Assembly: GCA_000151265.1 (NCBI GenBank)
Contig: GG663738.1
Coordinates: 1,244,056 to 1,276,055, forward strand
Reading direction: 5' to 3'
From: Micromonas pusilla
Taxonomy: Eukaryota
DNA: 32,000 nucleotides
Positions 1 through 8,175 of the stretch are shown here, in pieces. The translations under genes and the position numbers were made by a program. The notes beneath the pieces were generated by a model. The model did no database searches. It saw only the letters and a program-made list of their open reading frames with translations, and was not told where the DNA came from. Positions within the stretch are counted from its first letter, which is position 1. Every line of letters starts with the position of its first letter.

Positions 1-143
1 GATACAGCACGGAGCTGCGGAGCATGACGCAAGGGAAAGGGGAGTTCACGATGGAGTACACGGGGCACGCGACGGTGACGCGGGACGTGCAGGAGGAGCT
101 CATGGCCGAGTACGGGAAGACGCGGAAACAGGCGAAAGACTGA
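1..143 (+). CDS. 3' end (last 46 codons plus stop) of an organellar-type translation elongation factor G; the gene begins upstream of the window
   Basis: Frame 3 reads [46 protein letters not shown], with stop TGA at 141-143. The [19 protein letters not shown] block matches the conserved C-terminal motif of EF-G / mitochondrial EF-G1 as I recall it. Confidence 0.8.
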   Translation, partial: YSTELRSMTQGKGEFTMEYTGHATVTRDVQEELMAEYGKTRKQAKD

Positions 144-293
144 TCTGTCATCGCATCGGGCGGGAGTAACTTGGTACTGTAACTACAGTACTACTAACGC
201 GCCGCGCCCAAACTATTTTTTTTAACTTTCGACGACGAAAGGCTACAGTAATAATAACGAATACGATACGATATATACCACCGACGCGATCGA

Positions 294-1202
294 TCACCGC
301 GCGACCGGCGCGGGCGCGACGACGTCGTAGTGCGCCTCCAACAGCGGCGCGATCTCGTCCAACGACCTGACGATGTGCGTCGGAATCATCTCCCCCTCCA
401 AAATCGCTGAGACTTGCCGGCCGTTATCCGACCGCGTCTCGTCCTCCTCCTCGCCGCCGCCGCAGCCGTCGCCGTCCTCCCCCCCGGTCCCGGTCCCGGT
501 CCCGGTCCCCGTCGCCACGCTCCACTTCCCCGCGGTGTCCAACAGCACCGTGATCGCCCCCGCGCGGTTCCCGCTCACGACGTCGTCCTTCGCGCTGTCC
601 CCGACCATGACGATCTCGCTCGGGTGGACGTCCCACGCCGCGCTGATGTGCAGCAACGCGTCCGGCGCGGGCTTGTACGGCCTGAAGTCCCTCGCGAGCG
701 CGGGGGCGAACGGCGCGAGGTTCCACGCGTGCGCGTGGAAGTGCGCGACGGAGCTCTGCACGTTCCTGGTGACCAACCCGCGCGGGATCCCGCGCGCGTC
801 GAAGAACGCCGCGAGCTCCTCCGCGCCCGGCATGCGTTTCATCGTCCGCAGCGCCTCCTGTTCCATCTCGTGGATGATCGCGTTCGCCCTCGCGCGTCGG
901 TCCTCGGGCCACGCGTCGATCTCGGATAGGATGTCCTTCGTCTCGCACCCGACGCGGCGGTACATCTCCTGGAAGTCCAGGTTCGGGACGGTCAGCGTGC
1001 CGTCCATGTCGAACACGGCGCCGACGAGGCGACGTCGAGCAGCGCGCTGCGGCCCGTCGGGTGCCAACGCGCGCGGGTCCGGGCCCGCCATCGCGACGCG
1101 CGACGCTCTTCGCGCGGAGGAGGCGACGCCGCGCGTTACGGCGGAGACGCGGGAGGTTCGGGCGACGAGTCTCTGGAGCGCGAACGAGACCCCGACGCTC
1201 AT
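294..1202 (-). CDS. HAD-superfamily hydrolase (Arabidopsis At2g33255-like) with an N-terminal targeting-like presequence; an alternative upstream ATG lies at 1334
   Basis: HAD motif I VFDMDGTLTV, motif GLVTRN, FRPYKPAPDALLHI, and motif IV VMVGDSAKDDVVSGNRAGA. ATG at 1200-1202 (MSVGVSF...) and stop at 294-296. Codons between 1203 and 1334 have visibly lower GC3 than the rest, so I prefer the 1202 start. Confidence 0.8.
   Translation of the reverse strand: MSVGVSFALQRLVARTSRVSAVTRGVASSARRASRVAMAGPDPRALAPDGPQRAARRRLVGAVFDMDGTLTVPNLDFQEMYRRVGCETKDILSEIDAWPEDRRARANAIIHEMEQEALRTMKRMPGAEELAAFFDARGIPRGLVTRNVQSSVAHFHAHAWNLAPFAPALARDFRPYKPAPDALLHISAAWDVHPSEIVMVGDSAKDDVVSGNRAGAITVLLDTAGKWSVATGTGTGTGTGGEDGDGCGGGEEEDETRSDNGRQVSAILEGEMIPTHIVRSLDEIAPLLEAHYDVVAPAPVAR
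486..509. repeat. (GGTCCC)x4 hexanucleotide microsatellite inside the HAD CDS, giving a GTGTGTGTG peptide on the minus strand
   Basis: Four perfect ggtccc units read directly at 486-509. Confidence 0.9.
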
Positions 1203-1598
1203 GTGACGAGGACGCGCGTCTCGAGGACTGCGGCGACGTGGCGTCAGGCGGTGGTTTAGTATCGGCCAGCCGCGGCCGCCAGACGCCAGAAAATCTTCGC
1301 TCGACGAGAGCCGCCAGTTTCGCGAGACCGCCATTCACGCGCGCACGCACGAACGCCGGCTCACATCGCCCGTTCACGCACACGAGGAGCTTCCCGCCCT
1401 CATGTAAGAGACTTTGATCTCTTTTGCTGGTTTAGGAAGTCGATTTCCTACTCTCTCGCGCGACGCACCCGCGACCGCAAATCGCAACGACCCCGCTCGT
1501 TTTATGTGCAGGAGCCCTCCTCGGCGCTCGTGAACGCTTACGACGACGTCGTGCACATCATCGCCTTACACCATCCCCGAGCAATACTCTCGTGAACG

Positions 1599-3176
1599 AT
1601 GAGTATCGTCAACATCGGCGCCGCGAACGGTGCGTCTCCTCGCTCGATTCCTCCCCCTCGCGCCTGGGGTTTACCCTCGCTCGGGCGAAAGAAATATCAG
1701 ATCCTCCTCCTCGCCGCGGCGATCGCGAGCGCGCGAGATCTCGCGCGCTTCCCCGCGTCTCCACCGCGCGCGAGCTGACGATTTCCCACCTCCATCTCGC
1801 GCGTTCCCCCCGCAGCCGGCGACTCTTTCTACCGGTACAAGATGCCCGCGATCCAGAGCAAGATCGAAGGCCGCGGGAACGGGATCAAGACCAACGTCGT
1901 GAACATGGTGGACGTCGCGAAGGCGCTCGCGAGGCCGCCCGCGTACACGACGAAATATTTCGGCTGCGAGCTCGGCGCGCAGACCAATTGGAACGACAAG
2001 ACCGGCACCGCGATCGTGAACGGCGCGCACGACGCCGCTAAGCTCGCGGACGTTCTCGAGGGCTTCATCAAGAGGTTCGTGCAGTGCTTCTCGTGCGGCA
2101 ACCCGGAGACGGTGGTGAACGTCTCGAAGAGGGACACGATTCACCTCAAGTGCAAGGCGTGCGGCGCCGTGAGCGACGTGGACATGCGGCACAAGCTCAC
2201 GACGTTCATCCTGAAGAACCCGCCGGAGAAGAAGTCGGACAAGAAGGATAAGCAGCTTCGCCGCGCGGAGATGGAGCGCGAGCAAGAGGGCGCCGCGCTC
2301 GACAAGGCTGCGGAGGAGGAGAAGAAGCGCCGGAAAGCGGAGAAGAAGGACAAGAAGGAAAAGAAGGACAAGAAGGAGAAAAAGTCCAAGAGCAAAAAGT
2401 CCAAGGACGACGACGACGACGACAAACCCGCCGGCGGTTCCCCCGAGCGCGACTCCGCGTCCGAGCCGGAGCCGGAGTCCGACGAAGACGACGACGACGA
2501 CGACACGGTGTGGGCGACGGACACTTCCGCGGCGGCGATGGCGGCGCGCGCGAAGGAGCAGCTCACCGACGCCTCCGCCGCGATGGTCGAAGTCGCCACG
2601 GAGGAGCTCGAGAAGAAGGCGTCCTTGGAGGCGAAGAGGCTCGCGGAGGAAGCCGCCGCCGCGGAGGCGGCGGCAGCTGAGTCTTCTGAGGAGGAAGAGG
2701 ACGAGCGCATCGCGAAAGTGAGGGCGTACGCGGCGAAGCACGACGACGCGGAGACGGCGGCGTATCTCGTCTCGGACGCGCTCGGCGCGGACAGCCCCGC
2801 GCTCGGGATTCACTTCCTCGTGGAGGCGATCTTCGACGACGAGAAGCCGCTCGCGCCGCAAGTCAAGGCGAAGATTGGTCTCCTGAAGAAGGCGTGCGCG
2901 GCGGACGCGCCCGCGTTGCAGCTCGCGCTTCTCTGCGCGATCGAACTGTACGTCACGGAGACGGCGACGACGGAGTTTAAGAAGATCGCCGTCGTCCTGA
3001 AGGAGCTCTACGACGGCGACGCCGCGGAGGAGGACGTCATCCTGAAGTGGGGCGCCGACCCCAAGTCCGCGAAGAAGTTTGGCGTCGATTCGAAGACCGC
3101 GGAGGCGGTGCGTAAGCAAGCCGCGCCGTTCCTCGAGTGGCTGCAGCAGTCGGACGAGGACTCAGACTCGGACTGA
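1599..3176 (+). CDS. EIF5: Eukaryotic translation initiation factor 5 (eIF5), 2 exons: 1599-1629 and 1816-3176 (463 aa)
   Basis: Spliced N-terminus is [66 protein letters not shown], the canonical eIF5 start. The zinc-binding CFSCGNPET...CKACG is present, and the W2-like C-terminus ends in an acidic tail. The track ORF 1842-3176 begins at an internal Met (the M of FYRYKM). Confidence 0.9.
1630..1815 (+). other. Spliceosomal intron 1 of eIF5 (186 nt, phase 1)
   Basis: Donor AACG|GTGCGT, branch GAGCTGACG about 40 nt before the acceptor, a pyrimidine tract, and acceptor CCCCGCAG|CC. Splicing restores the conserved eIF5 N-terminus in frame. Confidence 0.8.
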
Positions 3177-3273
3177 GCGACGGGCTGAGGTTGACGAAAT
3201 CGCCGACCCGCCAGTCGCGGCCGCCGCCGCCGCGCGCGCGACCGCGGCCGCCTGCTTTTCTTTTCGTTTCCCA

Positions 3274-3357
3274 GAGCGCGAGCGCGCGCGCATTCATTTC
3301 AACTCGGCGTCGGTGGAGCGCGAGCGCGCGCGCATTCATTTCAACTCGGCGTCGGTG
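3274..3357. repeat. Perfect tandem duplication, 2 x 42 bp (gagcgcgagcgcgcgcgcattcatttcaactcggcgtcggtg)
   Basis: Unit 1 (3274-3315) and unit 2 (3316-3357) are identical by direct reading. They lie in the convergent 3' spacer between eIF5 and the dephospho-CoA kinase gene. Confidence 0.95.
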
Positions 3358-3434
3358 GGGCTATTCCTATCGCGCCCTGTGTAGTAGCTATTCAATATCA
3401 ACACGAGAGCAAGTCCGTTTCGTCGTCAGTCGCG

Positions 3435-4220
3435 TCACCTCTTCGTCTTCCTCGTCGCGATCTCGCCGCTCGTCAACGCGTCGACCGCCTTCCTCACCGC
3501 GGCTTTCGTCTCCTCCAACGCGCACCCGGTGTCGATCACCACGTCCGCGCGTCTCCGTTTTTCCTCGTCCGGGACCTGCCGCGCGAGGATGCTCTCGAAC
3601 TTCTCCGGCGTCATCCCCGGCCGCGCGAGCACGCGCGCGCGTTGCGCCTCCGCGTCCGCGCTGACGACCATCACGACGTCGACGGATCCCTCGTAGCCTT
3701 TCTCGTACAACAGCGGGATGTCGAACGCGACGAGCTTCTGGCCTTCCTCCTCCGCGGCGCGAAGGAAGCGCGCGCGCTCCGCGTCCACGAGCGGGTGCAC
3801 GAGCGCCTCGAGCTTGACCATCGCGTCGTCGTCGCCGAGCACGAGCGCGCCGAGTTTTTTGCGATCGATCCCGCCGTCCGCGCCCTTCGCGCCGGGGAAC
3901 AGCTCGTCGATGGGCTCGACCGCGGCGCCGCTCGGGGCGTACATCTCGTGCACGACCGCGTCCGAGTCCATGACCGGGATCCCCATGTCCGTCAGCGCTC
4001 GAGACACCGTGCTCTTTCCCATCCCGATGGACCCGGTCAGGCCGAGGAGGATCATGTCTCGTCGTCGTCCGTCCTCCTCCGACGCGGAAGACGCGGAGGA
4101 CGCGGAGGACGCGGACGCGGCGAAGGCGAAGGCGCGGGGGACGCGACGACGCCGCGCGCGCGCGCCGTGAGATGCGAGGGCGAGGGACGGACGCGACGCT
4201 GAAAACGCCCCGACGCTCAT
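3435..4220 (-). CDS. coaE: Dephospho-CoA kinase (CoaE family) with a Ser/Ala-rich N-terminal presequence
   Basis: P-loop [12 protein letters not shown], then [19 protein letters not shown] and [10 protein letters not shown], matching the dephospho-CoA kinase fold. ATG at 4218-4220 and TGA at 3435-3437. Confidence 0.9.
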   Translation of the reverse strand: MSVGAFSASRPSLALASHGARARRRRVPRAFAFAASASSASSASSASEEDGRRRDMILLGLTGSIGMGKSTVSRALTDMGIPVMDSDAVVHEMYAPSGAAVEPIDELFPGAKGADGGIDRKKLGALVLGDDDAMVKLEALVHPLVDAERARFLRAAEEEGQKLVAFDIPLLYEKGYEGSVDVVMVVSADAEAQRARVLARPGMTPEKFESILARQVPDEEKRRRADVVIDTGCALEETKAAVRKAVDALTSGEIATRKTKR

Positions 4221-4391
4221 GGGACGGCGCCCCCTCGCCGGAGTTGTGGGAGGCGAGCGGGCGGACGCGCGCGTAAGTTCGTTCCGGCCGGCGCTTTCGC
4301 TTTCGTGTCGGCGTTTGGATAGACGTCGATCGCGTCGTCAGTCGACGTCGAGCGCGCGCCGCCGCGTCGGACCCGCGTCGTCGTCCGCATC
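4221..4391. promoter_or_regulatory. 171-bp divergent (head-to-head) intergenic region, putative bidirectional promoter
   Basis: It sits between the minus-strand start at 4220 and the plus-strand start at 4392. No motif was identified; the call is positional only. Confidence 0.35.
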
Positions 4392-5012
4392 ATGCGCGCG
4401 CTCCTCGCCACTCCCGCGGCGCCTCTGCGTCTCCGCGCCGCCGGCCGCGCGTCCGCCCATCGCCGCGCGTCGCGCCACGTCGTCCGCGCGGCGAACGCGG
4501 ACGGATACACCGGAGGCGGCATCGCGCTCGCGGAGGACGGCCGCCGCGCGCGATCCTCCGGCGGCTTCGAGCAAGACTTCGAGATCGCCCTCGGCGGGGA
4601 GACGCCCGCGCCGGTGACCGCGAAGTTCGAGCCGGGGAGCGAGGCGGTCATCGTCACGATCCCGCGCCCGCTCGGGATCGCGTTCGAGGAGAAGACCGTC
4701 GGCATCTACACGCAGATCGTCGTCGACGAGGTCGTCGAGGGGTCGAACGCCGCGAAGGCGGACGTGAAGGTTGGCGACATCTTGCGGATAACCACCGCGG
4801 TGTTCAACGTCCCGGGCGTGATCGACGTCACCGCGTGGTTGAACCCGCCGAAGAGCACGAACTGCAAGGCGTTCTACGTGTGCGATCAGAAGCCGTTCGA
4901 CAAAGTCATGGACGCCATCAAGTCGCACGCCGTGCCGGTGGACACCCCGGACGGGCCGGTCGAGATCATGGAGGTCGGGCTCGTGTTAGAGCGCCCGGCG
5001 AGCGCGGCGTGA
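4392..5012 (+). CDS. Small plastid-targeted-looking protein with a PDZ-like domain
   Basis: The N-terminus is Arg/Ala-rich and transit-peptide-like. The core PLGIAFEE...VVDEVVEGSNAAKADVKVGDILRIT resembles a PDZ carboxylate-binding loop plus the GD-I motif. GC3 is high. The coding call is stronger than the function call. Confidence 0.65.
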   Translation: MRALLATPAAPLRLRAAGRASAHRRASRHVVRAANADGYTGGGIALAEDGRRARSSGGFEQDFEIALGGETPAPVTAKFEPGSEAVIVTIPRPLGIAFEEKTVGIYTQIVVDEVVEGSNAAKADVKVGDILRITTAVFNVPGVIDVTAWLNPPKSTNCKAFYVCDQKPFDKVMDAIKSHAVPVDTPDGPVEIMEVGLVLERPASAA

Positions 5013-5068
5013 CGACGATCGCGAGAGACGAATGTCCTTAGGCTTTATTGAACAAACGCGCGAGCGAA

Positions 5069-6661
5069 CTAGAGATCGAACAGACGCATCTCCGCCATCG
5101 CCTCTCTCCTGTTGACGTTGTACCAGGCCACGAGCCTCGCGGCGCCGAGCGCGGGGGGCAACGGGCAATCCACGCCGTATATCAGCTCCGCGCCTTTCAT
5201 CTCGCCCTTGCACGCGGTCCACGCGGCGCCGAACCCGCCGGTCGCGCCGGTCGCTGCCGCGTCATCGCCCTCCGCGGCGACCTCGCCGCCGCCGCCGCCG
5301 CCGCCGCCGCCCTTGAACCCCGTCCACGCGCTCCCCATCGCCGCCCCTAACGCCTTCGGCGTGCACCTCACCTCCGCCCTGAGCTTCAGCGGCCCTAAGA
5401 GCTGCTGCGTCGCGCTCAGGGTCACGATCTCGGACTCGAGCGTCGCTTTCCCGCCGCGGCTGATCAACTTCTCCACCCACGACGTCTCGCCCTCGGGCTT
5501 CGCGTCCGCGAGCGGTCGGTGCGGCTGCATCGCCCCGGCGTCGTACCGAACGTCGATCGCGGTGTAGTCCAGCATCGGCCGCAAGTACGACCCCACGGAC
5601 GCGTGCAGCGTCCCGGACACGACGTGCCTGAGCTCGGTCTCGTTCTTCGTCCACCCCCCCGCGCTGTCCACCAGCGGCATCCTCGCGAGCGCGCCCACGA
5701 GGCCGCCGATCGTGACGTTCGGCCGCTGCGGCAGCGCGGCGTACCCGCCCGGGCGCTTCCCCGGCGGCGGCGCGCGCCTTTCGCCGCGCCACAGCGTCGC
5801 CTGCTGCTCGATCGAGACCCCCGCGAGGGCTTCGCGACGAGGCGGCGGCCGCGCGCCGCCGCCGGGCGCTCGCTCAAACTCCGGCAACGTCTCGTCCAGC
5901 CACTGACGCACGCCGAACCTGTAGTTCAGGAACTGCGGCCCCCTCGACGCGATCGTCACGCTCGCGTGCGATGGACCGTCTTCGTACCCCTCCGAAGTCT
6001 GGTACCGCTCGCGGTGCGACAGGTCCGCGTGCGCGACGTGCCACGGGAAGAATTTCGATTGGAGCGCGACGCGTCCGCGAGGGATCTCGTCGCTGCTCAG
6101 CGCCGGCGCGGGCGCGGGCGCGTTCGACGCCGCGGCGGCGTTCGGATCTCGCGAGCGCATGAACTTCCTGCGGAGTTCGTTCAGACCGCGCAGAGAACCG
6201 AGCTCGCCGAACGCTTTCAGCGCCGTGGACCGTCCAACGCCGGCGCGGAATCGCCCCGACAACGCGTACATGGAAGGATCGGAGAGCACCTGGTGGGGCT
6301 TCCCCTCGCTGAACTGCTGCGTGTTCCACGCCCGCTGCGCGCGCAGACGGAGCGTGAACGTGTTCCACCACGACCGTCCCCCGAAGTTCGCGACGACGCG
6401 GTCGAGGACGAGGCCGTCGCCGACGCCCTTGCTGTCGTCGTAGGACGGCGTCGCGGGGATGTTTAAGAATCGCTGCATCATGTACAGCTGTTGCGACCGC
6501 GCGAGACCGGAGGGGAGGCCGAGCGTGAACGGCGGCGCGGAGGACTGGTGCACGCGGACGTGGCCCTCGAGCGCGGACGCGCACTCGGTCTCTTGGTCGC
6601 CGAAGATGGTCGTGAACGACGCCTTCGTGGCCTCCATCGATCGCTGCGTGAGCGGCGCCAT
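5069..6661 (-). CDS. TGD4-like (LptD-like) chloroplast outer-envelope beta-barrel protein; the family assignment is tentative
   Basis: 530-aa ORF with a true ATG (6659-6661) and high GC3. Resemblance to Arabidopsis TGD4, as I remember it, is at the N-terminus (LGLPSGLARSQQ..MQRFLNIPATPSY), mid-region (SMYALSGRF, FFPWHVAHADLS) and C-terminus (AWYNVNRREAMAEMRLFDL versus ...EFMVELRFFET). It contains a poly-Gly stretch encoded by a (GCC)n run. Confidence 0.6.
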   Translation of the reverse strand: MAPLTQRSMEATKASFTTIFGDQETECASALEGHVRVHQSSAPPFTLGLPSGLARSQQLYMMQRFLNIPATPSYDDSKGVGDGLVLDRVVANFGGRSWWNTFTLRLRAQRAWNTQQFSEGKPHQVLSDPSMYALSGRFRAGVGRSTALKAFGELGSLRGLNELRRKFMRSRDPNAAAASNAPAPAPALSSDEIPRGRVALQSKFFPWHVAHADLSHRERYQTSEGYEDGPSHASVTIASRGPQFLNYRFGVRQWLDETLPEFERAPGGGARPPPRREALAGVSIEQQATLWRGERRAPPPGKRPGGYAALPQRPNVTIGGLVGALARMPLVDSAGGWTKNETELRHVVSGTLHASVGSYLRPMLDYTAIDVRYDAGAMQPHRPLADAKPEGETSWVEKLISRGGKATLESEIVTLSATQQLLGPLKLRAEVRCTPKALGAAMGSAWTGFKGGGGGGGGGEVAAEGDDAAATGATGGFGAAWTACKGEMKGAELIYGVDCPLPPALGAARLVAWYNVNRREAMAEMRLFDL

Positions 6662-7066
6662 CTTCCGTCTCTGATTTAATTAATCGCCGAGCGCGTTCAC
6701 CGCCGCGCGTCGATCGAGCGTTCGATCGCGCCGCGGATCGCCCGCGCGTCGTCCGCGCCGGGGGTTTACCTCGCGCGGGCGCCCTCGAGGCTGGCCGGGC
6801 GTCGGAAGACGCGCGTCGATCGCGGAGCGTGCGCCGCGGTGACTGCCCGCCGAGATCGATCAGGGGCGCGCTCTTATCGCTCCTGCAAGGCTTTCCGGCG
6901 GTCGCGGTCGGCGACGACGCGACGCGACGACTCAGGGGCGGTTTCGGAGCGGTGACGCGTCGACGCCGGCGCCACAACGCCCTCGCGCGAACGCCACGCA
7001 GCGGCGCACGACACGACCGCCGAGACCGTATTCGACGCGCGCGCGCGTCCACGAACGCGGAGGACG

Positions 7067-7873
7067 ATGACCATCGCGGCGCTCGGACGCCAGCTCGCGT
7101 CGCCGCGCGTCGTGGCTCGACGTCGGCAGCCGGCGAAAACGACGACGACGACGACGACGAAGACGAAGACGAAGACGCGATCGTTCGCGGCGACGACGAC
7201 GCGCGCCTCCTCCTCCTCCTCATCCTCCTCCTCCGACGCCGCCGCGCGCGCGCCATTCGCGACGACGTGCGCCTCCGCCGCGCTCGCGACGGCGGCGGCG
7301 CTGACGCTCGCGCTGTCCACCCCGGACGCGTCGATCGCGGGCACGCCCAAGGGCCAGGGCGTCGCGAGCGGCGACGCGTACGGAAGAACCGACGTCGACC
7401 GGTGCAGCAGGGAAGCGCTGAAGAAGGCGGCGAACACGCGCGCGGCGTTCTCCGACTTCGCGACGCAGCAGAACGAGGAGCTGTACGTCAACGTCGAGGG
7501 GTGCGACTACAGCAACATGGACCTCTCCGACGAGGTCCTCAGCGGCGTCAAGGCGAGAGGCGCCAACTTCGAGAACTCCATATTCGGCGCCGAGTCCTCG
7601 CGCGCGGACTTCAGCGACGCCAACTTGCGAGGCGCGGTGATCAGGAGCGTGAACTTGTACAACACGATATTCGCGGGCGCGGACTTGGAGGGCGCGGACC
7701 TGTCCGGGTCGCTCGCGCCGGGGGCGTTTTTCGGGAGGGACGAGCAGACGGGGAAAAAGGCCAACCTGAAGGACGTCAACTTCGAGGACACGCTGCTGTC
7801 GTCGAGCGACGTGCGGACGATATGCGCGAACTCGTCGTTGACGTTCGAGTCGAAGATGAGCCTGGGGTGCTGA
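7067..7873 (+). CDS. Thylakoid-lumen-type pentapeptide-repeat protein (TL15/TL17-like)
   Basis: The presequence looks bipartite: a Ser/Thr-rich part, then the hydrophobic CASAALATAAALTLALSTPDASIA-G with an AxA-type site. The mature part carries tandem pentapeptide repeats (ANFENSIFGAESSRADFSDANLRGAVIRSVNLYNTIFAGADLEGADLSGS). Confidence 0.85.
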   Translation: MTIAALGRQLASPRVVARRRQPAKTTTTTTTKTKTKTRSFAATTTRASSSSSSSSSDAAARAPFATTCASAALATAAALTLALSTPDASIAGTPKGQGVASGDAYGRTDVDRCSREALKKAANTRAAFSDFATQQNEELYVNVEGCDYSNMDLSDEVLSGVKARGANFENSIFGAESSRADFSDANLRGAVIRSVNLYNTIFAGADLEGADLSGSLAPGAFFGRDEQTGKKANLKDVNFEDTLLSSSDVRTICANSSLTFESKMSLGC

Positions 7874-8175
7874 TCGGACGTCGTCGAGGGTCGGGAGGGG
7901 GGGGGTGTTGTAGCGTTGTACGTGCGTCGAGATACCGACTCGAACAGTAAGCTCGCGGGTGAAAGCATTTTCGCGCTTTCAAACACACCGATGAATTGAC
8001 CGGACAAATCGTCCCGAACGCAAAACGGACAAAACGCCCCGAGATCTGGGAACGTCTCGTCACTCGCCACGCGCGCGACGACGGCGCGTCCTCTTCCTCC
8101 TCCTCCTCCGCGGCCTCGTCGCGAAGTGCTCGCGTACCCCGCGATCGACGCGACGTGAAGTCGTCTCCAAGGCGG

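Noticed and set aside
1671-3119. 482-aa minus-strand ORF opposite eIF5. Similar long antisense or alternative-frame ORFs are 9791-11548 (-), 22675-23946 (-), 26584-28275 (-), 26166-27749 (+), 5874-7256 (-) and 6829-7950 (+).
   Set aside because: Each overlaps a gene with clear homology on the other strand or in another frame. Their compositions are dominated by Arg, Gly, Ala and Pro. Stop codons are rare in every frame at this GC content.
7267-7357. Candidate intron (GAC|GTGCGC ... GCTGACG ... CCAG) in the pentapeptide-repeat gene
   Set aside because: The possible lengths (85 or 91 nt) break the frame. The segment also encodes the hydrophobic lumen-targeting domain with an AxA site that such a protein needs.
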